This document shows, piece by piece, positions 16,914 through 25,567 of a DNA stretch of 34,662 nucleotides; the first letter of the stretch is position 1, and each line of letters begins with the position of its first letter. The translations under genes and the position numbers were made by a program. The DNA comes from Nitrososphaerota archaeon (GTDB taxonomy: Archaea > Thermoproteota > Nitrososphaeria > Nitrososphaerales > Gagatemarchaeaceae). The stretch is from the NCBI GenBank assembly GCA_005877185.1, contig VBPQ01000028.1, positions 1 to 34,662 of the forward strand, given 5' to 3'. The notes under the pieces are model-generated. The model did not search any database. It saw only the letters and a program-made list of their open reading frames with translations, and had not been told where the DNA came from.

Positions 16914-18185
16914 ATGGAAGAAATACTCGACGAATGGAATGACAAGCTTGTTGAGCACATTCTCAAGCACGGAGACGACCTCAGCTTCACGAAGTTCTTC
17001 TGGAAAGAATGCGAGGCGAACGAAAAGGAGCATGCGCAGTTCGCGCGATTCAGCAGAGCAATCTACTTGTCCCACGGTGGTATGTCGAACGCCAAAGTCG
17101 CGAGAGCGTTGGATACGGGCTATTCAACAGTCTGGACGTGGCTGAAGCTTAGTCGGTTGCCGAAGCTAGGGCATTACCTGAAAGTCTTTCTCGCGCTCGG
17201 GAAGCCGCATGAAAGGCGGGTTTGGCTCAGCGTGAATAATTCCCCAGGCCACGCGGTGCCATTGGGGCCGTACGTGGAAGTTCCCACCGAGATACGTGCG
17301 TGGGAAGATATCGAGCCTCTCTTAACTCAACTCCAGCCTATCGCAGTAATTACTGATGGACTGTCAAGGGCGTACCTCTTTGGTTTCCTCCTGGGGATGG
17401 TAATCGGAGATGCTGCCAAGCCGAGGCAAGAAGAGTGGCACAGACACCTGAACCTGACTCTCAGTGAGAAATATTCCACTAACTGGAACTTGGGCGAGTT
17501 CACCTGCCTATGTGCCGCGAGCGCAGGACTAAGGATGGAACGCGCCACAGACTTGCCACGAAGTCATGATAAGCCTCATGGGTTCTATTGTTGGACGTCC
17601 CAATCGTCGGCTTTGATCGATTGGATTTACAACGTCTGTCTGGGTCTTACGGATGAAGAACTTACGACGTATGATGCGGTGAGAATGAATTGGGGGCTGA
17701 CGGGACCGGATGATTTCAGAAGAGGACTAATTCAGGGCCTGGCCGAATCAGACGGGTCGGTCAACATAGCGAGTCAAGCAGTAGAATTCTGGATCGGTCC
17801 CAACTGGGAGTTCGGCGCGAGGCTATTGGAAAGCTTCGGCTTGCATTCCTTTAGAAGCCGAGAAGCGCTCTGCGTCTCGAAGACCCAGGTAGTGAAGTCA
17901 CTGGAAGTCCCTTTGTTCTCCCCACTCTTGAAGACAGTGCGGTACACCCGGTATGAGAAACTGGCCAGTGCGAAACGAATGGCCAGGGGCGGCAGTCGTC
18001 TCCCTGATGGAGTGCGAAACACAATAACGAGACTGAAGGCCCAGGGACTTTCAGTCAGCGAGGTTTCAGAGAAGATCATTGACGCTTACGGAATAAGCGT
18101 GTCCTTCGAAGCGCTCAAGAGGTGGGCGGGGAGACACGGAGGGAGAAAAGCCGCTTTAGATGGTGGCGCTGAGAACGTTGGCTAG
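16914..18185 (+). CDS. Free-standing double-motif LAGLIDADG homing-endonuclease-like protein with N- and C-terminal HTH segments
   Basis: Motif 1 is [17 protein letters not shown] and motif 2 is [15 protein letters not shown], about 115 aa apart, and both keep the acidic residue. HTH-like segments are [23 protein letters not shown] and [29 protein letters not shown] was about 47% on the two lines counted versus about 65% in infB. It is on the opposite strand to the flanking ribosomal operon. Confidence 0.65.
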   Translation: MEEILDEWNDKLVEHILKHGDDLSFTKFFWKECEANEKEHAQFARFSRAIYLSHGGMSNAKVARALDTGYSTVWTWLKLSRLPKLGHYLKVFLALGKPHERRVWLSVNNSPGHAVPLGPYVEVPTEIRAWEDIEPLLTQLQPIAVITDGLSRAYLFGFLLGMVIGDAAKPRQEEWHRHLNLTLSEKYSTNWNLGEFTCLCAASAGLRMERATDLPRSHDKPHGFYCWTSQSSALIDWIYNVCLGLTDEELTTYDAVRMNWGLTGPDDFRRGLIQGLAESDGSVNIASQAVEFWIGPNWEFGARLLESFGLHSFRSREALCVSKTQVVKSLEVPLFSPLLKTVRYTRYEKLASAKRMARGGSRLPDGVRNTITRLKAQGLSVSEVSEKIIDAYGISVSFEALKRWAGRHGGRKAALDGGAENVG

Positions 18186-18434
18186 AACGCCGCCGAGTAC
18201 AAGGGCGATTATTACGAGGAGTTTCACCTTGCGCGCCTCTCTTTCGGTGTCTCTCAAGATCAGTATGTCCGCGAGCTTGATCGGACCCTTCACGTTCCTC
18301 GTGAGGATCCTTCCCTTCTCCTTCCCCTCGAGCAGCTTTACCCTAACCTGAGTTATCTCCCCCGCCACGCCAGTCCTGCTCACTATCTGGACGACCTCAG
18401 CGGATGTGAGCGCCTCAACCTCTCGCTTGCTCAC
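18156..18434 (-). CDS. rps28e: 30S ribosomal protein S28e with an aberrant 21-aa hydrophobic C-terminal extension
   Basis: The core [60 protein letters not shown] is canonical S28e. The ORF then continues [21 protein letters not shown], overlapping the 3' end of the LAGLIDADG ORF. Confidence 0.85.
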   Translation of the reverse strand: MSKREVEALTSAEVVQIVSRTGVAGEITQVRVKLLEGKEKGRILTRNVKGPIKLADILILRDTEREARKVKLLVIIALVLGGVLANVLSATI

Positions 18435-18811
18435 GCGGCCTTCTTCAACCTCGTCAGCTCTTGGGTGACCTGCTCGAGTATCTGCGACCCCTCCCCGGCC
18501 TCGATGACGGCCGCTGCGGCCGTGGGGACGTCGATCCCGATCGCTGGGCCAATCTGCGCCCTCGAGGGCACGAAGACGTAAGGAATCTTCTTCTCTTCAC
18601 AGATGATCGGGAGGTGGGCGACAACCTCGGGGGGCTGGACGTCCTCGGCGATGACGACGAGTTTCGCCATCCCTCTCTCTATCGCCTTCGTCGACTCGTT
18701 CGTGCCCTTCCTCACTTTACCCGTTCTCGAGGCTTGCCTCAGTACCTCGTAGGATGCCTCGGCAACTTCCTTAGGCGTCTCGAACTTTACGTAGTACGGC
18801 TTGGGGGTCAT
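18431..18811 (-). CDS. rpl7ae: 50S ribosomal protein L7Ae
   Basis: [47 protein letters not shown]...[16 protein letters not shown]. The start is moved to ATG 18811, because the track's extra MSGCHWAIFK is not conserved-looking. Overlaps the S28e start by 4 nt. Confidence 0.92.
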   Translation of the reverse strand: MTPKPYYVKFETPKEVAEASYEVLRQASRTGKVRKGTNESTKAIERGMAKLVVIAEDVQPPEVVAHLPIICEEKKIPYVFVPSRAQIGPAIGIDVPTAAAAVIEAGEGSQILEQVTQELTRLKKAA

Positions 18812-18846
18812 CTTGAAAATCGCCCAATGACAGCCTGACACCTCAG

Positions 18847-18854
18847 ATACTTAA
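18847..18854 (-). promoter_or_regulatory. TATA-like box TTAAGTAT (minus strand) for rpl7ae-rps28e
   Basis: Lies 36 nt upstream of ATG 18811. The IS target duplication begins only 8 nt further upstream. Confidence 0.4.
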
Positions 18855-18869
18855 GGGTTGGCGGTCAGC

Positions 18870-19996
18870 GGCTCTGTAGAAACCCTCTTCTCAGAAATTC
18901 GGTCTGACTGAGGTCCTATTCGTAGAACGCTCAAGATTCTTTCAGATGGCACGTTTTGCCATCGTCCGCTGGCTCAACACCCCTGGTTGGAATGACAGGG
19001 AAGAAGAACCGGAAGGACGATGACGAACAGAAGAGACGGGAGAGCAGGTACATAAGGATGGTCAGGGCAGTCTTCAAGGTCTGTCAGAGGCAGTGCATCC
19101 CGCTCTACTCCAGCAAGTTCTCTAGGAAGGATTACACACTCTGGCAGCACATCGCCCTCCTCGTCCTATGGCAGAGGATTAGGAAGTCGTACAGGGAGTA
19201 CGTGGACGACTTCCTCACGGTGGCAGACAGGCTCGTCGCAGCCCTCGGCTTGGCCAAGCTTCCACACTTCACCACGATAGAGAAGTTCGTCCTGAGGGTC
19301 CCGTCGACACTCCTCGAGAGGGTGATGGGAGGGTTCGTCCTCCTGACCAGGATCAGGGGGCAGGTCTTCTCCCCAGACTCCTCCGGGTTCTCACCCAATC
19401 ACGTCTCCAGATACTATGCCCTCAGAATCAAGAGGGACGTCCTCTCGTCGATGAAGAGGCAGGTGAGGCAGAAGGAGAGGTGCGAGAGGAGATGACGAAG
19501 AGAAGGACGAGGCGCTTCCTGAAGCTGACCATCGGTGTGGAGCTGAGGACCCAGCTTGTCACCTCGATCAAGCTCAGGAGAGGCCCTGCCAATGACAACA
19601 GGGATTTCGAGCCCGTGGTGAGGAAGGGTCACTCGGTCAAGCCAATCAAGGTCGGCATCGGGGACAAGGGCTACGACGACGAGGACAACCACGAGCTCCT
19701 GAGGGACGAGCTCGGTGCGATGTCCATAATCCCTGCGAGGTATGAGAACGTCCCCATCTGGAGGACGAGGGGGCGCTACAGGAAGGAGATGAAGAGAGGA
19801 TACTCGAAGAAGACGTACCACCAGAGGTCCAAGGACGAGACGGTCTTCTCCGTTGCGAAGAGGACCATGGGGGAAGAGGTGAGGTCTGTCAGGGTGAAGG
19901 CGCAGAACAATGAGATGAGGTTCAGGGTGATAGCCTACAATGCGTCAAGGACAGTGAGCCTGGCCTATTCTTTAGTCAGAGGGTTTCTACAGAGCC
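18870..19996 (+). mobile_element. Insertion sequence, IS4/IS5-superfamily DDE type (IS5-family, ISH1-like by size and 8-bp duplication)
   Basis: Perfect 19-bp terminal inverted repeats: GGCTCTGTAGAAACCCTCT (18870..18888) and AGAGGGTTTCTACAGAGCC (19978..19996). Flanking 8-bp direct repeat CGGTCAGC (18862..18869 and 19997..20004). Length 1127 bp. It encodes a DDE transposase split into two frames. Confidence 0.88.
18956..19495 (+). CDS. IS transposase, N-terminal part (frame 2)
   Basis: Contains the first catalytic-Asp region SPDSSGFSPNHVSRYY (the D(S/A)(S/T)GF pattern of IS4/IS5 DDE transposases). The true start may be ATG 18992 (MTGKKNRK). Confidence 0.7.
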   Translation: MPSSAGSTPLVGMTGKKNRKDDDEQKRRESRYIRMVRAVFKVCQRQCIPLYSSKFSRKDYTLWQHIALLVLWQRIRKSYREYVDDFLTVADRLVAALGLAKLPHFTTIEKFVLRVPSTLLERVMGGFVLLTRIRGQVFSPDSSGFSPNHVSRYYALRIKRDVLSSMKRQVRQKERCERR

Positions 19997-20025
19997 CGGT
20001 CAGCAACCGGCCTCTATTATCCTGA
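19480..20025 (+). CDS. IS transposase, C-terminal part (frame 1, -1 relative to the N-terminal part)
   Basis: RRFLKLTIGVE..., second Asp GIGDKGYDDEDN, and Glu region YHQRSKDETVFSVAKRTMG. The ORF runs through the right IR and stops 29 nt outside the element. No slippery heptamer is visible in the 16-nt overlap. Confidence 0.7.
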   Translation: MREEMTKRRTRRFLKLTIGVELRTQLVTSIKLRRGPANDNRDFEPVVRKGHSVKPIKVGIGDKGYDDEDNHELLRDELGAMSIIPARYENVPIWRTRGRYRKEMKRGYSKKTYHQRSKDETVFSVAKRTMGEEVRSVRVKAQNNEMRFRVIAYNASRTVSLAYSLVRGFLQSPVSNRPLLS

Positions 20026-20180
20026 AATTGGTTCACCCCCTAGCAACAGGTCAGCAACCGGCCCGGGAGCCCTACGCCTGAGTCCCTACCCGCGACATCG
20101 TTCCTGACCGACGTAAAGGGACTTGCTTTGCGGGGCGGAAGCAGCTTCGAGCCACCGAACAGAAAGACCTGGTCTCTCCG

Positions 20181-21911
20181 TCATCTGTGCGCCAGTACGC
20201 AGGTGTCCCGCGCATCGACCCTGCAGAACCCGTACCTCATGAACTGGATGATCTGCCCCATTTTGAGGTCGCTGAACGACTCCTCCACGAGCCCCTTCGT
20301 GGTGACGAGGCTCTTCCTGTTCACCGAGCCGTCCTCGTTGTAGAGGGGGCCGGGCTCGAGAACCTTGAGCTTCGTCTTCAGGTCCGTGACCCACTGGATC
20401 TTGGGTGTATCATGAATCACCTCCTCGCTGTGGAATTGAGCTGTTATCAGGTTGGTCTTCTTCCCGAGTACCTGAACGTTGTACAGCTCGATTAGCCGAA
20501 GGACCGTCCCCGCTTTTGCGGCAAGCGCGTCTCGCTTCGGGACGAAGAAGAACCCCGAGGTCTGGATCGTCCTGCTCCCCAGATCCTTCTCGGGGTGATA
20601 CGGGATTCTCGCCCTCTTTGAGGGGGCGTCTTTCACGTGGAGGGCGATGGGGTCTGGGACGAACATCAACCTCTTCGAAAGCGGGTCGAGAAGCTTTCTG
20701 TTCACGGCGAAGAGGAGGGACCAGTCGTACTCGTGCTCGGTCTTCGTGTAACCGACCTGAAGGGTGAACTGCTTGATCGATTCTGGCAGGATTCCCCTCC
20801 TCTTGACACCCTCGACCGTGGGCATCCTCGGATCGTCCCATCCGCTGACGAGCTTCTTCTCGACGAGGGGGCGGAGGAGCCTCTTCGAGACAGGCGTCCC
20901 CTTGAAGTTGAACCTGGAGAACTGGAGGACGGTGACGGGTCGGAAGGAGAGGAACCCCCTCATCAGCTCTTGAAGCGCGAGATGAAACTCCGAGCTGCGG
21001 AGGACGTGAGTTATCTTGCAGAGCTCGTCCTCGACCACGACCTCGAAGTCGTACGTGGGCCAGACCGAATACCTCGAACCAGTCAGGGGGTGGGGGTGCT
21101 CTATCACCCTGAAGATGTTTGGGTCTCTCAGGGAGTAGTCGAGGCTCGTCATATCTCCCCTCAGTCTTATTACGTACTCCCCCTCCCCGTACTTCTTCGA
21201 GATCATCCCGTTCCAGATCTCCAGGTTCTTCTCGAAAGACTGTTCCCTGTGCTCGCAGGCCGTCCCCGAGAACCTGAGCTTCTTCACCTTCGCCTCGTCG
21301 CATCCGCAGGCGTACGCGTTCCCCTCCGAGAGAAGCGTCTGCCCGTACTCGTAGAGTATCTCCAGGTCGCTCGAGACGCTCTTCTCGTAGTCCCACTTTA
21401 TCCCGAGCCACCGGCTCCCCTCCCTGAAACTCTCGTAGTAGCGGGTTTCGACCTTCCTCGGGTTGGTGTCCTCGAAGCGGAGCCAGAGCTTCCCGTCGTA
21501 TTTCTCGGCATAGACCGAGTTGATCATGAAGGCCATCCCGTGCCCTATATGCATGAACCCCGACGGCTCCGGCGGCAGCCTGAAGGCGAGCGCCCCCTTC
21601 ACGTTGGGAAGTGGGGGAAGCCCGACTCGCCCCTCCTCCCTCTCCCTGGGCGCAACATCGGCTTCTGGGTATCTCTCGCGGAGAAGCGCCCGCAGGTTCT
21701 CGACTGTCATCGCGTTCACCTCTTTCACCCTCTCCTCGACCGCCCGCGCGACCTCCTTCGCGCTGGCGCGCAGCTCGGGATACTCCCCGATCACCTTGCT
21801 CATGACCGCGCCGACCTCGGCTTTGCCGTCGTGGCGAAGAGCGTTGAGCAGGGCGTTTCTCTCGACGGATGCGACGACGTTTTCCGAGAGGCCGTCTTCT
21901 CTGGTTACCAC
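20181..21911 (-). CDS. gltX: Glutamyl-tRNA synthetase (archaeal type)
   Basis: RLPPEPSGFMHIGHGMAF (HIGH) and a class I GlxRS core. The N-terminus VERNALLNALRHDGKAEVGAVMSKV matches the archaeal GluRS N-domain. The start is set to GTG 21911, which overlaps the GGPPS stop (GTGGTAA). The track's 750-aa ORF is an upstream over-extension into the GGPPS gene in another frame. Confidence 0.88.
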   Translation of the reverse strand: MVTREDGLSENVVASVERNALLNALRHDGKAEVGAVMSKVIGEYPELRASAKEVARAVEERVKEVNAMTVENLRALLRERYPEADVAPREREEGRVGLPPLPNVKGALAFRLPPEPSGFMHIGHGMAFMINSVYAEKYDGKLWLRFEDTNPRKVETRYYESFREGSRWLGIKWDYEKSVSSDLEILYEYGQTLLSEGNAYACGCDEAKVKKLRFSGTACEHREQSFEKNLEIWNGMISKKYGEGEYVIRLRGDMTSLDYSLRDPNIFRVIEHPHPLTGSRYSVWPTYDFEVVVEDELCKITHVLRSSEFHLALQELMRGFLSFRPVTVLQFSRFNFKGTPVSKRLLRPLVEKKLVSGWDDPRMPTVEGVKRRGILPESIKQFTLQVGYTKTEHEYDWSLLFAVNRKLLDPLSKRLMFVPDPIALHVKDAPSKRARIPYHPEKDLGSRTIQTSGFFFVPKRDALAAKAGTVLRLIELYNVQVLGKKTNLITAQFHSEEVIHDTPKIQWVTDLKTKLKVLEPGPLYNEDGSVNRKSLVTTKGLVEESFSDLKMGQIIQFMRYGFCRVDARDTCVLAHR

Positions 21912-22978
21912 TGCCGCTCGACCGAATACCTTGCGACTCGCGCCAGGAGTTCGACCGACTCTTTCTCCCCCTTCCACTCTACCGTGCCGAGGACCTCGAG
22001 CGCCTCCCCGAGAAGGTGGGATGCCTTCTCCTGCGAGTACCTGATCGCCCCGTGTTTCTTCATCAGCGAGATGACATAACGGACGTCTTCGGCTGTCTTT
22101 CGATTCCTGCTCTTGCCCATTATCTTCAGAACCTTCTCCCTCTCTCCGCTCTCCGCAACCTCGAGCAACCTGAGAAGTATCAGCGTCCTCTTTCCTTCGA
22201 GTATGTCGTCGGAAGTCTCCTTCCCGTACTTCTCGGCGTCGCCCACCAGGTTGAGGGCATCGTCTTGTATCTGGAAGGCCATCCCGAGTTTGGTCCCGAA
22301 CTCGAGGAGCTTCTTCAGCTCCCCCTCCCCCGCCCCGGCTACGATCGCTCCGAGCCTGCAGGGGCTCGTCACTGTGTACCAGGCGGTCTTCCTGGTAACC
22401 ATCTTGAGGTAGTCGGACTCGTTGAGCCCCCACTTGTTCTCGACCACCCAGACAAGCTCCATGTGCTGCCCCTCCGTGGTCTCGTTGACCATCCTCGAGA
22501 ATTCGTCGAGTATCCTGAGCGTCCTCTCCTCTCCGAGGAGCTTCCTGTTCCTAAGAAGGAAGCCCCACATCCTGGCGTGAAGGGCGTCGCCCGCGTTGAT
22601 CGCGAGCCCCTCGTCGTACTTCCTGTGAAGGGTAGGCTCTCCTCTTCGCAGCTCGGAGCTGTCCTCGATGTCGTCGTGGATAAGGATCCAGTTTTGAAAG
22701 AGCTCAATGCATGCGGCGGTGAGGAGGCAGTCGCTCTCCTCCCCCCCGAATGCCTTGCAGGTGCTTACGCAAAAGAAGGGGCGGAGTCCCTTCCCCTTCC
22801 GCTGGGGGTAGTCCCTCATCATCCTGTAGAGGAGGTCGACCTCCTTCAGCGGGCTCGAAGAGGGGAGGAGCTGGTTGAGGATGACGTAGTCGACCCTTGA
22901 CTTGACCCTCCCGACCTCATCGAGGAGGGAGGGCGTCCCTGATTTCGAGTCGCTCGTGAAACCTGTGTGCTGGGTCAT
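21905..22978 (-). CDS. idsA: Polyprenyl (geranylgeranyl) diphosphate synthase
   Basis: First and second aspartate-rich motifs, ILIHDDIEDSSELRRG and FQIQDDALN. ATG overlaps the IPK stop (ATGA). Confidence 0.9.
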   Translation of the reverse strand: MTQHTGFTSDSKSGTPSLLDEVGRVKSRVDYVILNQLLPSSSPLKEVDLLYRMMRDYPQRKGKGLRPFFCVSTCKAFGGEESDCLLTAACIELFQNWILIHDDIEDSSELRRGEPTLHRKYDEGLAINAGDALHARMWGFLLRNRKLLGEERTLRILDEFSRMVNETTEGQHMELVWVVENKWGLNESDYLKMVTRKTAWYTVTSPCRLGAIVAGAGEGELKKLLEFGTKLGMAFQIQDDALNLVGDAEKYGKETSDDILEGKRTLILLRLLEVAESGEREKVLKIMGKSRNRKTAEDVRYVISLMKKHGAIRYSQEKASHLLGEALEVLGTVEWKGEKESVELLARVARYSVERQW

Positions 22979-23733
22979 ACTGCCACCATCGTGCCGTAGA
23001 AGTCAAGCCCCCTCAAGGCTTTCGCGAATTCAGCTCTCCTAAAACCGGAGACAAAACTTACGCTCGTCCCCAGAGAAGCGATCTTCCCCGCGACCTGAAG
23101 CTTGAGCTTCATACCTCCAGTCGCATCGTCTCCAAGGTCCACCTTAAGTTTGCTCATCTGGGAGGCTGATATCGTCCGGAGGAGGTTCCCCGCCTTCTCC
23201 TTCTCCCTGCCTCGATAGACTCCGTCGACATCCAACGCGAAGACACAGCGGACCGGCCTCAGGACCTTGGCCAACTCGTGCATGATCGTGTCACCTGAAA
23301 GGATCCTAAAGCCTCTCGGATATGAGGAGACGTCGCCGAAGGTGACGGGGGAGAGCCCCGAGGAGAGGAGGTTCCTGAGCCAGGACCTCGCGTGCTCCCC
23401 GTCGGAACTCACGAGTAGGTCGAAGGGAGCGAAGGGGTAGGTCTCGACGCCCGCCCCCATCAAGGCTCTGCACACCAGTTGATTGAGCGCGTACATGGCG
23501 TCTCGGGTCTTGCTCACCCCTTCCCCTCCTCTCGAGTAGGCTCCCGAGGTGAGGCCGTACTCCTTCGCGACCGGGTGACCGAATGAGCCGCCGCCGTGGA
23601 CGAGGACGACTCGTTCGTGAGACGCGGCTATCTCCTCTCCCAGAGCCGATACCACTTCCGCTCTGAATGAGAAAGGCTTAGTCTTGTCGGTAATCACAGA
23701 CCCGCCGAGCTTCGCGAGAGTTACCGGAGCCAA
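22975..23733 (-). CDS. Isopentenyl phosphate kinase
   Basis: Amino-acid-kinase fold motifs LAKLGGSVITDK and VLVHGGGSFGH. TTG start. Mevalonate-pathway context. Confidence 0.85.
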   Translation of the reverse strand: MAPVTLAKLGGSVITDKTKPFSFRAEVVSALGEEIAASHERVVLVHGGGSFGHPVAKEYGLTSGAYSRGGEGVSKTRDAMYALNQLVCRALMGAGVETYPFAPFDLLVSSDGEHARSWLRNLLSSGLSPVTFGDVSSYPRGFRILSGDTIMHELAKVLRPVRCVFALDVDGVYRGREKEKAGNLLRTISASQMSKLKVDLGDDATGGMKLKLQVAGKIASLGTSVSFVSGFRRAEFAKALRGLDFYGTMVAV

Positions 23734-24653
23734 CTCTTTACACCCTCGGTGGGCACGTTTGTCTGGAAGGATTCGTATCCCCTCGACTTCAGCTCCGCGA
23801 TGAGGGCGTCGGTGCTCCCCTCCCTCGGGATGGCGAAGACGCTACCCCCTCCTCCGGCCCCGGTCAGCTTAGCGCCGTAGCAGCCGAGCGCGAGGAGGAG
23901 GTCGACCAACCTATCGAGGTTCGGGGTCGAAGCACCCACCGTCGAGAGTACCGCGTGGCTGTAGGTCAGGAGCCTCCCCAACTCCTGCATATCCCCGTTG
24001 ACGAGCCTCGTCTCGGCGAGCTCAGAGATGAAGGAGGCGGAGTTGGCCAGCCCCGCGAAGAGCCCGGGATACTTCACTTTCATCCGCGAGACCCTGTCGA
24101 TGAGAGTCTTCGTGCTCCTCTTCGTCCCCGACTGGACGATGAGGAATCTGCGCGAGCCGGCGAACCTGACCTTCCTAGCTTCCTCCCCCATCTTGTACAT
24201 GATGACGCCACCCGTCGCACAGATGTTGACGTCAATCCCAGAGGCTCTGCCATGAATCGCAGTCTCCCCCGTCATCGCGTAGCGCGATATCTCGCTCGTG
24301 GCGAGCTCGATTCCTTTCAGCTTCGTGAGGGCCGATGCGACGGCCACCATCGTCGCGGCGGACGACCCCAGCCCGGAACTCTCTGGAACCTGGGAGGTTA
24401 TCCGGATGAGAACCCTCGGACTGAAGCGTAACTCCTCAGATAGCTTCGTCACGACCCTCGCGACGGGGGCGAGTCTCTTCCCCGATGATCCACTCGATCG
24501 TTGTCCGTCGGACTCGATGACCAGTTCCTCCGCCTCGCTCGCCTCGACCTTGACCCTTCTCTCGACGGCCGCGGCGAGCGCCCAGGCCCCGTGAACGACG
24601 AAGTGTTCGCCCGTGATGATGGCCTTGCACGGTGCGTCCGCAACAGCCTTCAA
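23721..24653 (-). CDS. mvk: Mevalonate kinase
   Basis: GHMP kinase motifs KAIITGEHFVVHG, SSGLGSSAA and KLTGAGGGGSVFA. TTG start. Confidence 0.9.
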   Translation of the reverse strand: MKAVADAPCKAIITGEHFVVHGAWALAAAVERRVKVEASEAEELVIESDGQRSSGSSGKRLAPVARVVTKLSEELRFSPRVLIRITSQVPESSGLGSSAATMVAVASALTKLKGIELATSEISRYAMTGETAIHGRASGIDVNICATGGVIMYKMGEEARKVRFAGSRRFLIVQSGTKRSTKTLIDRVSRMKVKYPGLFAGLANSASFISELAETRLVNGDMQELGRLLTYSHAVLSTVGASTPNLDRLVDLLLALGCYGAKLTGAGGGGSVFAIPREGSTDALIAELKSRGYESFQTNVPTEGVKSWLR

Positions 24654-24656
24654 TGT

Positions 24657-25499
24657 CTAGACGAATCTCAAGGATGCGTACCCGACAACTTCGTTCATAT
24701 CCCTTGTGGTCTCTCCGCTATTCGAGTACTTCAGAAGCTCACCTTTCTTGAACCCGAGCTTCTTGCACGCCTGGATGACCGAGGCGATCGCGCCGTAGCC
24801 GCAGGCCGTCACGTTCAACCTCTCGAGAGTTCCGTAGAAACCCTCCAGGTCTAGCCCCTCCACCTTCTCGAGGAGCTGCGAATCCTTCGACCTGGCCTGC
24901 TCCGCCGCCTCGTAATGGGTGAGGTCTGAGGAGGCGATCAGGACGGCGTCCCTCCCATCAAGAAGGGTTGCTATCCCGTCCCCGAGCGTTCGGGCTGTCT
25001 CTATGTCCTGAAACGCCAGGGAGATGGGAAGCAGTGAGAGACTCTCCCCGTATATGAGCTGAAGGAATGGGAGCTGCACTTCGATGGAGTGCTCCATCTT
25101 GTGGGCGGAGGAGTCGTAGTCGACTATCCCCGTCGACTCCACGATCTTCCTCGCCGCCTCCTCGTCGACTGGAACTCGGCCGAGGGGTGTCTCCCACGAT
25201 CCCTCCCTGAAGGTCGCGACGCCGCTCCCCACCCCGTAGTGATTCGGCCCGACAATGACGACAAGTTCCGGCTTGCGAAGCGAGGAGACGTGCAGGTACG
25301 TGTGAGCCGCGACAGGTCCCGAGTAGGCGTAGCCAGCGTGGGGAGAGAGGCAGGGGACGACACCACTCGAGAGGTACTCAGGGGGCGTTTCGCTCCCCGG
25401 GCCGAGCCTGTGGAGGTAGGAGGCCGTGATGAGCTCCTTCAGCTCTCGAGCGTCCGCTGGGTAGAAGGCCCCCGCGACGGCGGGTCTCCTCGCCTGCAT
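24657..25499 (-). CDS. MEMO1-family protein (AmmeMemoRadiSam system protein B type)
   Basis: MQARRPAVAGAFYP N-terminus, with PHAGYAYSG and SSDLTHY motifs. The start is moved to ATG 25499 from the track's 25547. Confidence 0.82.
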   Translation of the reverse strand: MQARRPAVAGAFYPADARELKELITASYLHRLGPGSETPPEYLSSGVVPCLSPHAGYAYSGPVAAHTYLHVSSLRKPELVVIVGPNHYGVGSGVATFREGSWETPLGRVPVDEEAARKIVESTGIVDYDSSAHKMEHSIEVQLPFLQLIYGESLSLLPISLAFQDIETARTLGDGIATLLDGRDAVLIASSDLTHYEAAEQARSKDSQLLEKVEGLDLEGFYGTLERLNVTACGYGAIASVIQACKKLGFKKGELLKYSNSGETTRDMNEVVGYASLRFV

Positions 25500-25567
25500 G
25501 TGCAGCGAGTCTCCTCGTCTCTTAATTAAGAATCGTCCGTCCGTCACTCACTCGCTCACTCACTCAG

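Noticed and set aside
16785-18166. An 8-bp inverted pair CCACCATC / GATGGTGG near the two edges of the LAGLIDADG cassette, considered as possible terminal repeats.
   Set aside because: The pair is too short to be significant: a chance match between two ~100-bp flanks is not rare. LAGLIDADG elements do not need terminal repeats, and the left copy doubles as the SD-like sequence for L24e.
20637-22079. Very long antisense or alternate-frame ORFs. Examples: 20637-22079 + (480 aa), 15135-16190 + (351 aa), 21869-22900 + (343 aa), 20410-21411 - (333 aa), 32812-33744 - (310 aa), 32223-33089 - (288 aa), 3549-4283 + (244 aa), 26381-27112 + (243 aa).
   Set aside because: All lie opposite to, or out of frame with, strongly recognisable housekeeping genes. 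They are Arg/Pro/Gly/Leu-rich with no motifs. This is the expected stop-poor shadow-ORF effect in high-GC DNA.
20181-22433. A 750-aa ORF in the track that would make a giant GluRS with a 174-aa Arg/Gly/Glu-rich N-terminus.
   Set aside because: The upstream 174 codons overlap the well-supported GGPP synthase gene in another frame and are low-complexity. A GTG at 21911 overlaps the GGPPS stop (GTGGTAA) and gives an archaeal-length GluRS that begins just before the conserved N-terminal helix.
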